In this document: piece after piece, positions 12,094 through 25,505 of the stretch
Numbering within the stretch: position 1 is the first letter of the stretch
Layout of the letters: the number at the start of each line of letters is the position of its first letter
NCBI GenBank assembly: GCA_973895155.1
Contig: OZ316896.1
Location: forward strand, 4,531,925-4,595,924
Direction of reading: 5' to 3'
Source of the DNA: Marsupella aquatica
Taxonomy: Eukaryota; Plantae; Marchantiophyta
Length of the DNA stretch: 64,000 nt
Notes under the pieces: model-generated
Database searches by the model: none
Told to the model about the DNA's origin: nothing
The model's input: the letters and a program-made list of their open reading frames with translations, nothing else
Made by a program: the position numbers and the translations under genes

Positions 12094-15000
12094 CTAAGCA
12101 CCTGACATCAAACCTTGGATGAGAATACGTAGCGAATCCGACGCCTGCATTGAACGCACCACAAGATATTCAGGTAAAGGATATTGCAGTCAACACAAGG
12201 CGACCAGATGGTTTGTCTTAAGACAGGTTAACTGGAATGATTTCACTTACCCAAGGAGATGATTTGTCCCACTCCAAAACACAATTGGCTGCAGTTTGGA
12301 GATGCTTGACGGGATGCGAGGCTAAGGTGGACGAGAACAAGGACAATTCAGAGGCTTCTGCTACCCACCAGTGACAGTTGTGATCCTTAGGTTGCTGAAC
12401 AAGATTGCAGAAGCCAACCTGAGCAGGACATCGACATAATCTGATTAGTCGTCTGCTCAAAACTTTACGAGATATAGGTGTCAGATATAGCACCGACAAG
12501 GTGGTAAATTAAGTACAGGACTCTTGGCTTCCGAACCGCCAAAAAGATTGGCAAATTTACGACAAAGAGTACCTTTCCAGGAGCCCTTGACTGTGAAAGG
12601 AGACCTTGCAAATTATAGATCAGCAACGTAGGCAAATTGCATATCTATTTTGTCGTGAAGAAAGGAAGGGGACGTCAAGAAAGAAACAGAAGCATTGGAG
12701 GAACTGAGGCCCTACCACAGACCCAACGAGTGAACGGTCAACTGGAGCAAATGCCAGGGTTGGCGAGCTCAATTTCACTGCGAGTATTTGTATCTCATCC
12801 CAAGCGTCCCCAGGATTGTTTCTAGTGGTGGATCCATCAGTCATAAACACCCATTGGTTTGTACGGGACCCGCTGGAATAAGGCTCATCGACTACAAGCA
12901 CCTTTGCGGCAACATCGAATTCCCTGAAGGTTAGACACTGACTTTTCATCAGTATCCGTGTCCATTAAATTGGACATCACTCACCGGGTAGTTTCGTTCG
13001 TCAGGGATGAAGTCAAACGTTTACCAAACAAAAGGACCAGAAACATGCTAAGTATATAATTGGCAATAAATTGGACCACGGAGGATTGTCCAAACGTAAT
13101 CTACCAATCCATTGCCGTGGCCACAAATGCTTAGGACTGCAAACATACAAGAAACCGTTCACACGTTTATATCAAATTACAGGCCCGCCTCGTTGCTAAC
13201 TTCCCCCATTTCATTAAAACCAAGCCAGCATGCTCGGTCAGCATCTCACCTGCACACAAACTTCTCGTCCATATCGGACAGCCGCGTTGGTGCACGACAA
13301 GTGTGAGGGAACCTGCAGTCACAAGAAATCAAGACAATCCAAGGGGAAGAAACAAAACCTCAGAAACCATCAGTTGAAACAAGCGAAATTAGAAGCCTGA
13401 CCATACGCCAGCCACAAACAATGAACGCACGTAGAAAATAATTGAAATAATCTAATAGTTGAATGGTTAAGTTCGCTAGCTGTTGCCTCCTTGTCAAATT
13501 GGAATTTGACTATCTGATGTCTGCAGGTTCCCGAAACTTGTCTCGAACCAGTAACAAAGTAGAGAACTAAGCACTTACCAAAAGTGCTTCTCGTAAATAG
13601 CGTCAGGCACATGACGCCAGCTGGTGGAGCGATAAGACTGCAGTAGAAGCTGATTTTGATTGCTAAAGGAACTCCGGGTGACAGGCCTCAGACCGGAAAC
13701 GCAATACACAGAGCCCTCCACTATATGCTGCATAACGATAATTACATGTAGGTGAGAACTGTGCATAGGGCCTGTCACAAACACGAAGGCAAAGATATAT
13801 TCAGGGTTAGTTGACGCTAGTACTTTTCAACGTGATCTACCTGTTCATCATTAATTTCCCATATCGAGATTATTCCCTCTTTCCTTTCTCGGCCTACTTG
13901 TCCGTTTTCTTCTTCTCGACGTTGCAGGCCAGTGACACGGACTTTTAAGATGCGTGTAACATTGCGCGAATGTAGCCCGGCATCCACTAGCGCTTCTTTC
14001 ACAGCATCCTCAATAGTTATTTGCCTCGAGGTCTGCGAATCATAAGATTGATACATTAAAAATTGGAGAAATCTTTCGTATCCAAACCCGAACTCTAGTC
14101 TTTAGAGAGCAGCTCTTAACACCAGCAAGGACGGTTCTGAGCAATAAGTTCCTTACGATTCGACTGAAAACGACAACCTTACGTCTCGTTTGGCCTGATA
14201 AATGGCGAAGGACTTCAGTTGCACTGGGGTCATCTCTGCCATAAGAATGTCAGGCTCGGCGGCCTTTTCCACAGCATCAAACAAATCATAGTCTTCTTCA
14301 TCCTTCTCTTCTTGAGATTTGGAAAGTTCGCAAGAATTTTCGAGTTTCAGTAGAGCTTCCTCCGCTACTTTAGCGCGCCTGATGCACAGAAAAGTTCCAC
14401 AATGATCTTCTTTCTATGATACTAAGGCCTGTGCCTACCAAACCACTTACTAAACGTTTTTACTACTCTGAGCATTTATCAGCTGATCTATAAAATAGTA
14501 CCAACGTGCAGACAAGATTCAAACCTTCGCTCAAACTGGTTCGAAGCTAGTTCTTCCGCACGAACGGACCGGATAATAGAGGTACCGTCAGCAGATCTGG
14601 CCAATTCGATTGAAATAAACGACATTACTTTCCGCAAAACAAGCAGAAACTGCTCGAACAATACAATTACAAATTAATGAAAATTTATCAGGTACAGAAA
14701 CTACGACTACGATTCATAGAGGCCGTGTTTGCATTCCTGAACACGTTACTCACGTTTCTTTAAATAAAATGGGATACACTCGAGCAACTCCGACATATGT
14801 CTTGGGAACAAGACCGCCGTCAGGCTTGATGCACTTGAATGCAAGGGATGGAATTGGTTCCTTACCTGTGGGGATATAAAGAAGCATAATTAGCGTTACA
14901 CTATCATGCAGAGTCAACATAGTAGATAGCATGAAGTTTGCTGACAGTGTCTCGAATACTATATATATATATTGAAACGGCAATTAGAGTCCTAATATGC

Positions 15001-18000
15001 CAGAAGAAGTGGGAAGCAAGCCTGCTTACAGAATCCCAAGCGGTGATTCTGGCGAGCCCTGTGGGTCCCATTCGCGTGCAGCGTCAAGAACGAATCTCGA
15101 AAAGCCTGCAAACAAGCATAAGGTATAGTATTGGGCGTTTGACAACTACATAGAGTGCCTGGCAACTATGCCACTTTCCGAAATCAGATGGATAGCGAAA
15201 ACTGTGCTTAGCGCTAGAAAAACAAAGCTCATTGCAGTCTTCAGATGTCCAATTAGCAAGAAGATAAAGATGAATAACCTCCAAAGGTGGTGTTGAATCT
15301 GGGCAGCAGCACAAAGTTGCTCCACAAACCTGCGAGCAGGTCACACAAAGTCAGCTTCAAGCTCAAACAACTAGCGTTGCAATTCTTAGATCTGAAGTTG
15401 GTTCCTACATCCCACCTGAATTTTTTGGCCTACGTTCAGTTTCCCGTTTCTCAGATATTTCGTCAATGGAGCATCCAACACAGAGTTCAACCGGTACCTG
15501 TAAAACGTTGAAAAAACTAAGATTACTCTCATGACAAGGTTCTTAGAAAGAAAAGACGGCACGAACATATTATCAATTCGAAAATAGTTAGGACCGCTTT
15601 TTACCACCCATCTGTCACTTCTATTTTGGCAGTATCGCCAGATGATGATGAGTTTCCAGTGTGCTCGTTGATGGCTCCATTTTCATCACCATCGTGGCGT
15701 ATCGCTGAGATCAATAGTACCATTGCCCGTGAAGCCGAAGAATCGCCTTCCGTTATTCTTCGAATTGCAGATCGGCGGCCCGACAACTCTGTATCATATC
15801 TGCAAAGTTCAGAAGCAACACAATGATGATGAAGACAATTAAACAAACCATGAATCAGAAAATTGCTGACTTCTGGGGGACCTGAGAACAACAGGTTGAA
15901 TCAAATCACCTGTACTTAAGCTCGTCAAGAACAGTATCCAAAGCGAGACGCTTTCGAGCAGCTTGCTGTGGGTGCTTCCGTTCCGAAGATGCCAGTTTCC
16001 AGGTAATCCACTTGTAATGGTTAGCAACCCATCTGCGACGTCGTCAGTTGAGCTATGTCAGCTCACAGACAAGAATGAAATAATTCAATTCAATTCGAGA
16101 AATACATTAAATTATCAGTCCCATGACAGCCCAATGAAGGGCAAGGGATAGAGTACATGCAGGCAAGAAATTGTGCCACCAGAGAAGAAAAACGAAGGAA
16201 AGATACAAAGCTGTACGAAGAGGAGCTAGACACAGAATACTTACTCTTTGCTTGAATACAGAGGGTCAGCTCCGAGATCTAACAAAAGCTTCCAAATTTC
16301 CGTGCTACCAAGCCTCTCCCGTCTTCCATCTTCCGTGACATGATGGATTCGATAGCTAGAAGCTGCATCTGATGTTATTGTTTTTATATCGGGGAATAGA
16401 GACAAGTCCTGGAATATCAGGTGACAACGAAGGCAAATCCAATAGATTAAACTTTTCAGAGTTCCCAGTGCAATGATCAACAATCCACCTAGGATGTAAC
16501 TACTGCTCTGCTGAAGCCTTGCCCGTAGAAAGACAAGTGACGATTCTCGGATAGCTCCATTGCTTTACGGGGCCAAACAACGTTCTCTGCAAAGCGCACC
16601 TCATTGGCTGGAGCTCCCTCCATGTACTCTTGCAGCCTCATCCATCCGCTCCTGCCATCCTTAAGGTACACGGACCTTAGTGGTCGCAGTCGTTGGTGGC
16701 CATTGGCGACAGTGACTGAATTACCACACGAGTTAGCCCCACATATCGAGGTTGATGTGTTCCTTTGGAATGTGCCGGTATCATCTGACTGCGTCCTGTC
16801 ATGTGTGGTACGATCGTCTATCAGTTACGCTGCTGGTCTACACGAAGATATACACAAAAGAATGACTGGACTGGATTCAACTGCCACTCTCTTTGTTCGC
16901 AATTTACTGATATTCAAAGAACACAACTCGTTGAAAAAACTCGATGGAATCCGAACGGAGCGGCTAGATTGCTAGAAGCAGAGACCGTTACCCTTTCAAA
17001 AATTCAGTACATCTAAACAAATAATGGATAACGACGGCGCTCACCGTATTCTTGGTGGCTTGAAAGCACGTGTATTCCTCTTCTGGCGTTCTCCTCCGGG
17101 AGCGAAAGGTGGTTTAGCACTCAAAAAGCCGGCTGCGCCGGGTTTCTGGTGGTTGAGCTTAGGTGAGGCCTTATTAGTAACTGCACTGGGTTGTCCAAAT
17201 TTGGATTCCGACAAATGGCCTTTAATTTCTAATTCTCTATCATGAGAAGTATCGATTGCAGTCTCTTCGAATTCTTCCCCTAAAAATGCCCTCGCCTTTT
17301 CTAATGCATTGGAAGAAATTGACACAGATTTCCCGCTTCCTGTCACAAAAGAGTTAATCGCAACCGGCCCCTCAAGGCCTTTAGCCGGAGCTGTCTCTTC
17401 AAAATCGTCCCCCAAAACTGCCCTCGCCTTTTCCAAAGCCTTGAAAGAAAGTGACACAGACCTCCCGCTTCCTGTCACAAAAGAGGTAATCGCAACCGGA
17501 TCGCCAAGACCTTTAACCGGAGCCGCCTCTTCGAAATCATCTCCCAAAACTGCCCTCGCCTTTTCCAACGCCTTGGAAGAAATTGACACAGATTTCCCGC
17601 TTCCTGTCTCAAAAGAGGTAATCGCAACCGGATCGTCAAGACCTTTACGAAGAGCTGTCTCTTCGAATTCTTCCCCCAAACATGCTCTCGCCTTTTCCAA
17701 AGCCTTCGAAGAAATTGATACAGATTTTCCGCTTCCTGTCACAAAAGAGGTAATAGCGACTGAACCATGAAGCGCGTCAACCGGAGCATTCTCGTGGGCT
17801 TCTTCCCCCGGAAATGCCCTTACTACTTTGTCCAAAGCATCGGAAGATACTGATACAGATTTTCCGCTTTCTATAACTGAAGAGGTAATCCCATGCGGAT
17901 TTTCAAAAGTTCCAACCGGAGGTAGAAGAGCTCTAGCCCTTGAGAAGGCCTCGCTTGAAATGGCGAACTTGCGGATTGACGGTGTCCGAAAGGTACGATC

Positions 18001-19026
18001 GGGACTGGGACGTTTGGTGGGGGTAGCAAGGTTCCCCGAGTGACAATCAATTGATTCATGGAGAGAAGCTGTTGTTTCTGTACCATCAGCTAATAGAGCC
18101 TTCGCTTTCTCCATAGCCTCTCTCGAGATAGCGACAGTCCGTCCAGATCCAGTCTGGAATGTGAGATTTCCATGAGGATCAACTGTGTTTTGCTCTGCTG
18201 CCTGAGAAGTACTAGTCCTACGCGACTTGGAGGGACGATGAGAGGGGTCTTTGCTAGCTCCAGTCTGTTTAGGTAATTCTGGTAGTACTAACTCTTCAAA
18301 ATTTGTCGATGGAAGCGAAGTTCGTGACAACTTGCAACGGGTAGCCCCCCAAGACTCTTCCGGTGAATCAGGTACAACCAATTCTTCATACTTTCGCGAT
18401 GGTAACACAGGCGGTGGTCTCCTAAATTTACAGGAGCCGCGCCGAGAGGAGTGTTTTGCTCCGGAACGGATTCGTTCTGGGGAGTCTGGTACGAACAATT
18501 CTTCAAATTTTCGCGACGCAGGCGAGACTTCTTCTGGTGAATCTGGTACAAACAATTCTTCAGACTTTCGCGATGCAGGCGGTGTAGATGGTAATTCAGT
18601 CCCATCTGTGCTCTCTCCGAATGCAGAGCCTGACATACAGACGACTTCGTGAATGAAAAACAAATTGAGCCACTGCCTGACATCTGTTGTCCAATGTCGT
18701 ACAATCACATGGTAAACGCATTATTGAGGATAATGATCCTGGTCAAAAGCTGAATGGTCATTCAATAAAACACCAGTTCATCCTCGAAGAGTTAGACCGA
18801 GGCCACCTCGTCCCGCCACTTAGAAAAGTCAAAATACCATAGAACTTATACCTGGCAAAATGTCCCCCTCTGTGGCAAGTTGTGGTTGCTGCCAGCCTTC
18901 AGGCTCAAGCAGACGCGCAAGCTGTAAACGTGACTGTGAATTAATATCGTGGCTGGCCCTCCGTGCACGTATGCGTCTCACTGACCATCTATGTATCTGT
19001 CGTTCCGCCTTGCCACTCTTTCCCAT
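12094..19026 (-). CDS. BRCA2: BRCA2 homolog, multi-exon, with BRC repeats and helical/OB DNA-binding domains
   Basis: About seven BRC repeats (FxTGSGxxVxISxxAxEKAR) and the AFKPPR motif in the large exon. WLTITS/NHY helical region, RSAIRRITEGD, IEVTDGW (OB1), DGGLVP, REFDVAA, QWVFMTDG and VGFCNL (OB3). Inferred last exon ASDSLRILIQGLMSGA* ends at 12094. The start codon is tentative. Confidence 0.93.
17270..17765 (-). repeat. 132-bp (44-aa) tandem repeat encoding four BRC repeats
   Basis: CCTGTC(A/T)CAAAAGAG recurs at ~17339, 17471, 17603 and 17735. Confidence 0.9.
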
Positions 19027-21463
19027 ACTTATCGATCGCTTGCATACATCGATGATATGTCAGTTCAACCTGTGCACAGGTAAACTGCACTTTTAATTCA
19101 AGAATTGCTCAATTACCGGCCGCGCGTCTCTCCTATTCTGATGGAAGAGAACTGACATGTGAAGATCAAAGATGAAACTGCTTGGCGGAGTTGGACAGAT
19201 ATGGACAGCTAAAAAGTTCTCATGGCCACATTCAATAAATGAAAAGCCTGACGACATAACACCTGTTGAAAGTAAATGGACGAAATATAGAACACGATAA
19301 CTTATAAACTCTACAGTCTAGAAACCTACAAAGCTAGAAGAAAAACCTTACCAAGAGGAAGCCTCAACAAGATAGACCAAATCGAAATGGCAAGAGAGAC
19401 AGACACGCAGGAGCAAGGATAGGGGATTCAAAACCTAGCGCAGGGGAGAAGGCCATTCACCAAGGACCAGAGTGACTAAATCTCGAGCGAAGTGTCATCT
19501 CTCACTCACCAAAGCGCTGTCTGTCCGTCCGTCCGCAGGAAGAAATTCATATGAGACAGAGGAAGAAACCGGGAGGAATTCTCAATTTTTGTCAGCTGCT
19601 GTTAAACCTATGATAACCGACAGTCCCAATTGCCGGAGAGATATTCAAATGAGCTGCAGAACCACCATTGAAGAAATCTTAGTACGTCAAATTGGAAGAT
19701 CACTGAATGCTCGAAAAAGCCCGTCCGTGCGTAGACAGAGTGTTTGTAAACAAAGCTAAGATTTCTGTGCTGAGTTTTGCAAAATGCTTATACCTAATGC
19801 AGTAGCGAAGGAAACCGAGACAGAGTGTAAGCACTGAGTAGATCGAGCTTAGATTACTTTGCGGGACGGTCGGACGGAGCTTGTGAACATGCTTCGACTT
19901 GGTTACGAACCACTTGAATGCGACAGATCGTGTCATTTATTACTAGAGCTCAGATTGCTGCGCCGAAATGCTTCAACCTACCATCGTACTTGCAACGCAG
20001 ACACGAATTAAACGAATCAAACGAGCGCTCCAAAAGACAGAATGAGTGAGAGAAGTAGAGAAGCTGACAACGAGAGGCGACGCTCGTGCAGCAGCACAAC
20101 AACGAGAGAAACTGCTGGCTAAGTTAGTTGGCACGGGGGTGCGTGGAACTGAGAGGTCCATTGCTCAATCCCGTGAATTGGAATCCCGTCCCTCGAATGG
20201 TGAACAAATGGCTTTACTCGAATCGAGAGAGGAGCAAGAATGGCGGGAGATATAGCGGGCTCATCCTGGAACTAGTTTGTGTTTTGTCTTGTAGCGGAAA
20301 CATTGTATACGATTGTACACGCTTAGGGCGTATACGAGTTTAAAGGAAATATAAAAGATTAGGGCTGTGAGATGAATGCAGAGAGTTTAGGGAGGCAAGT
20401 GCTGAAACGACCATGACTAATCAGGCTGTGGAGTCGGGTGTGGAGTTTAGGGCTAAAGAGTCCTGGCCAAAATGCTGATCAGGCTCGTTCCTGGCCGAAG
20501 TGCTAATCTCAGGCTCATACTCTCCTTTTGTCGGAGCTCTCTCTCGTGGTGCATCTGTGTTTTGTGTGGTCTCCTCGTGGCTCTCTGCTCGTGCTTGGGG
20601 TGCTGCTCCTCTACTCTCTTTCGGCCTCAGGCTAGCTTGCTCTCGATGTCACTGCTGCCTCTCAATGCTCTCGATTGCTGCTGCCGTCGCTACTGTATCG
20701 TGGTTGCTGTATCGTGAGTTGGGCTTGGGATTGAGCTGCCGTCTCCGCTGTATCGTTGATGCTGTATTGCGAGCTGGGTTTGGGATGCTTGAGTTGCTGC
20801 TATCGTTGGTCGTTGCTGGGTCCAGGCCCGATGCTCAATGTTGGTTGCTGCTGCGCCTCACTACTGCGGACTCAATCTCGATGTCTCCCTGGCTAATTGA
20901 TGCTCTCCCTCTCGATTCTCTTGATGCTGCAGCTCGATGTCGGTTGCTGCTGCGCCTCACTGTTGCGGACTCGATCTCAATACATGTCTCCTTGGCTGAT
21001 CGATGCTCTCTCCCTGGCTGATCGATGCTCTCTCCCTCTCGATGCTGCACTTCTGAGAATGGAGTGATGGTGATGTCCAGAATGTTGCCTGTCTTGATGC
21101 TGCAGCTCGATGTCCAGAAGAAGGAAACTTTTTATGTTCCAGGATGATCAGATCAATGAGAGTGCGGCTCATCGTTGCAGCCGAGTCCGGATGCTTTAGT
21201 GGTCTGCATCGAGACTACACTTTGAAGAAATTGAACTTGTTCGATCTTCTCAGGGACAACTATCGTGCTCTCAATCTCAGTGTATTGTGCTTATTTTTAA
21301 ACTCTTAGCTCTACACATGGACCTCAGTGTGTTGTGCTAGTTTTTTACTCCTGGCTGTGTATTGTCCTTGTCTTCAAGAGGGTGCATAGAGCTCAGCCTC
21401 CGTAAGTGTTGTGGCCAATGATTTATAAATTTGTAGAGAGAGACTGGTGGGTTTAGATGGGTT

Positions 21464-21526
21464 ACTCTGCTTGGAAGGCTGTCCAGTGTTCACTGGACAA
21501 TTCAGGGTTCAATTCCCTGGCAGAGT
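21464..21526 (+). other. tRNA-like mini-structure lacking a D-arm
   Basis: ACTCTGC...GCAGAGT outer stem, TGTCCAGTG-TT-CACTGGACA hairpin, and CAGGG-TTCAATT-CCCTG T-arm. Confidence 0.5.
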
Positions 21527-23420
21527 GTTAAGTGCTTGGGCGTCTTAAAGACTGAAAACAAACTTAAGAAAAGAGCCAACTGCAGCTGGAAGGCTTTGCG
21601 GAAAAAGCAATTGCAATACTTATGTCTCGGAAAAATTTCCCACCATTGCACTGATCTGGTCTGTGTGAAATTGTCTCAGAAAAAATTCACGACATTGTTG
21701 GGAATTGGGGTTATATCTAACCTTACATTTTCCTAAAAGGGGTAAAAAAATTAAATCAAAAGCAAGGATTATTGTTTTGGCAAAAGGGGTTTGAAAATCA
21801 TCCATAGGGTAACTATTCTGATAAGTGTCTTATTGTAAGAGTACATTAAAACTCTAATTTATACCAAAAAAAAATATGGAAAAAAAATGTAACTGTGCTT
21901 CACCATATAGCAATGTCGGAAATTTTTTCTGAGACAAGCTCAAAAGTTTTTTGAATTGAGTCCTGGCTATGTACAATGACAGCCCCTGCAATAGTCTTGG
22001 CAAATATGAGACCGCTAATATATCCCCTACACTAAGCAAATGACACATGGCACAGGGCTTGCTCTAATACCCTTGAAAAAAATACACTTGGAAAAAATAC
22101 CCTTCAACGAGTACTCTGGACTTTTAATTACTGCCTTATTAGAAACATTATAATTATTAGCCTTGTGGAACTAATATTGCCTTTCATTTGTTCACACATG
22201 GTTCTAGTGACCCGATTACTGCTTCCCCAAGGGTTTGGAATGTCTCTTTGGGTAAGCCGACTATTTGAGTTGATGTGAAACTATGAAAGACATGTATTTC
22301 AGACAAGTTAAGGATAACAATGCTGGAACATTTTCATCATTCTAATTCAGGGGGGCATGATGATGGAAAGTAGGTCACTAATGCATAGCTTCATTAGTAA
22401 ACAATGCTGCAAACCGGGTATGAAGGTGCATTCCCACAACTATGCTAGAAAATGCTACACTTGCCAAAGGGACTGCCCTGAGAATAGGAAATCTCCAAGG
22501 TTGTTCCAGCCTCTCACGCACTGCATGTCTTGTAGATGGGGACCATGACACCTTTTACTCTTCAGTCATTGACATCCTTGGTTTTCAAACATCCTTTAAC
22601 ACTTCATCATTGACATCCTTTGGTTTCCAGAACATTTTCAACAGCAAAGTTTGACCTTTAATATCTCCCTTTCTTCTTGGGCTTGTTAGAGCAGTTTGGA
22701 ATGACCTCTCCAATGAATTAAACAACTCTACTTTTAATGCAGGATTGAGAGAATGAAGCATTTTTAAATATCACTCCATGACTTGCTGTCCCCACTGTCC
22801 ACACTTCTGAGCTAACTTTGAGATTTAGTATATACTCTAAATTCAATAGAATCTTACTCTCTTGGTTTACCACATGGGATACAAAACCCAGTTGTCAAGC
22901 AGTAGGAGTCCCAAACCCAAGGTTCAAAAGTAGTCAACTTTTCCCTCTTATGCAGTGCAGTTTTTCCTTTGTTAATTGTGTAAGCTTCACACACTTTGCC
23001 AGTTTTACAAGTTATTTGTCCATTGTGGTGGGAAATGTCAGCATACCCTGGGATTGTCTCACATTGGTGCAAGACTTTCCTCTTTGGTCCAATTCACTGG
23101 ATATATATTGGTAATTTATGTTTGTAAAATCCTCTCTGGTCCAATTCCTTACCTAATACATAGTTAGCATGTTTTTGGTACTTTTGAAGGTAAAATTGAC
23201 GGATGCAAAAAGTGGAACAAAGTCTTAAAAGTAGAGCTCAACCCAAAAGTGAAGCAAATGACGGATAATCTCGTAGGGTTTAGTTTGGACTTAGATGCCT
23301 GGTAATGTGAGAAATTATGAGGATTGTAGCTAGATAGTTGTATTTATCTCCTCCAAATTAGTGGGTGCACCATGTACTGTACTAGGTTCCCCAACCAAAA
23401 TAAAGTTAATATAAATAATA

Positions 23421-23817
23421 CAGTTTTTTACTAAACTACCCCCCAAACTGGTCCTTATTACAAACCTGCCCCCAAAACTAAAAAATTTAGTATACTGACC
23501 CCCAAACCGTATCTGGTTACCTTTAGCCCAACTACACCACAACTGCTGCATTCCCATTGGCTGCCAAGTAACCAGAGTTGACTACCTGACCTGCATCCAC
23601 TTTTCCACAGTCCATCGCCTTCTTGGCACCAAAGGGCACAGCTGCGTCCATCATCCATAGGGCAGGAAGTGCACGGAGGCCATCGATGGACGGGGGGGGG
23701 GGGAGAGGGGGGGGAGAGGGGGGGCTGATCCTAAACTGAAGAACGGGGGACTGGGCACAAATCACAACCATTGGGGCAGTCGCAGCCCTTTCAAACCATT
23801 GGGGCCACAGTCGCAAC
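23421..23817. repeat. Left TIR of the MULE
   Basis: Near-perfect reverse complement of 48814-49196, with CCCCCAAA subrepeats. Confidence 0.93.
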
Positions 23818-24143
23818 CAACTCCTATCTCGCACCCTCATTTTTGTCGGGAAAACAGCTTGAAGATGTTGCATAATTTTTAGCTGTTTCAGTCAGGGTTG
23901 AAGGGTGAACACAAACAGCCAGCGACGAGAGAGAGGGATTGGACGGGGGATCGTGGCGCAACGGATCGGGAGACACCGAGCTTGGGCGCAACGCCGGGGG
24001 GAGGTGTGCGCAGGTCAAGCTAGTTTGGGCGCAGGACGGAGTCCCTTTTGTGTGACGTCTGTATTCTGGGCCTCATTCGTAGCCCCATTATCATCGTTAA
24101 TCAGCTCGCACGTTGTCCCTTGAAACAGGGCATTGAAGCAATC

Positions 24144-24672
24144 ATGGCACGAGCAAGAAGCAGGATTGTCAAGGCACTTGCGATAACAATTTGGGCCTTG
24201 CTATGAGTGATTGGGTACATATTTCGCTGCATTTCTGATGCAATGGAGTTCGGCCGAGATAAATTGCAAATCTGGCTGGAGTCATTTGGGGAGCAACCAG
24301 CCCTTGTACCCGCTGTTGTAGTAGAACCTGCAACTCTGTTAGTGCAATCAAATTCCATGGAAAATCAAGCTTTGCCAACATTGCAGCCCGTGAAGGAACA
24401 TCCTGCTACACAAGGACCTGTGACTGAGATGATGGACCGGGAGCCAAGGCAGCTGCCATATATATGAAAGGATGTCGGGTTTGCATCTTGGACAAAAGTG
24501 GCGATACTATGCGGTTGTGTGCGGCTACACACCGGGCATCTATGACACATGGGAAGCATGCCAGCACCAGGTCCATGGCTTCAGCGGATGCAAGTTTAAG
24601 AGTTTCAAAACTCGGCAGGAAGCTTTGGCATATTTGCAGGATGGATTGATGCGTATCAGGCGTGCAAATTAG
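24144..24672 (+). pseudogene. MULE accessory ORF ending in an RNase H1 N-terminal (hybrid-binding, caulimovirus viroplasmin-like) domain
   Basis: YYAVVCGYTPGIYDTWEACQHQVHGFSGCKFKSFKTRQEALAYL. The upstream part from ATG 24144 has a TGA and a frameshift at an (AT)n run near 24460. Confidence 0.75.
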
Positions 24673-24909
24673 GCATGTAGCCTAGAATGATTACAGGACA
24701 TTCCACTGTTGTGATGTGATGACTCACACATGCTTTACTGCCCAAGTGGCCAATTTTGGAATACAATGCTTTTGTGCACACATGACATTGAATTGCAATG
24801 AAGTGATAACATGGGTGTAATGTGTTCATGAATTATGACACATCACAATAGATTCAGCACAATACAAAACCCTGTATTGAACTACATCTTCAACTAAAAC
24901 TAATCCAAA

Positions 24910-25237
24910 CTAAGGAGTTTTACTGGTGGATGGTTGAGTTTCCATGGTAGCTAGCAACTGAGAGAAACTTCCAATGTTAATGCTCTCTTGTGATTCCCAG
25001 CCTAGTATAGAGTGACCGGCCTGCTCTTCTACAACACAACGAGCATCCACCATGTCCTGCAATTCATTGCCTTCTTCCGCATTTTCCACTGCCCCGTCCA
25101 CTGCTTGCAACTCATTCTGCTCTGGACAATTTCAGCGATCATGGCCTCATGCTCCACAAACCCCACACTTTCGTGGCAACTGACAGACCTCCTCATCATC
25201 AAACCGAGTCCGAATTCGCTTTGTCGAACGACCCTTG
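24910..25237 (-). pseudogene. C-terminal tail of the MuDR transposase, with zinc knuckle
   Basis: Reads KGRSTKRIRTR...RKCGVCGA*GHDR*NCPEQ, a CxxCxxxGHxxxxC knuckle with two TGA stops. It continues in frame from PPLKKRR at 46429 once the insertion is removed. Confidence 0.88.
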
Positions 25238-25505
25238 AACCCCAATTTAAGGAAAACCAAACTTTGGAAATTCCGAAAATCACTAAATATTATTATTTTA
25301 ATAAAAAGGGGGCGACATGACGCGTGGCTGCGCGTGAAACCCTGAAAATGACTGCAACGTCACATTTTAACCAATCCAACTTAACGGGGTCAAGAGACAT
25401 GCTCACGCGAATAATAATAATAGAGAAATAAATCTTTGAGATCCTTTATATATGATAACCAGTATATAAGGAGTTTACAAATGGTTTCTAGAACGACAAG
25501 ACAAA

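Noticed and set aside
20339-22661. TTAA-AGG ... CCT-TTAA as the ends of a non-autonomous Kolobok
   Set aside because: The inverted match does not extend beyond 3 bp, so the right boundary is unsupported.
22540-23170. Decayed transposase-like fragment
   Set aside because: Too degenerate to assign to any family.
23330-23873. ORFs duplicated at 48700-49159
   Set aside because: They are translations of the MULE TIRs, not genes.
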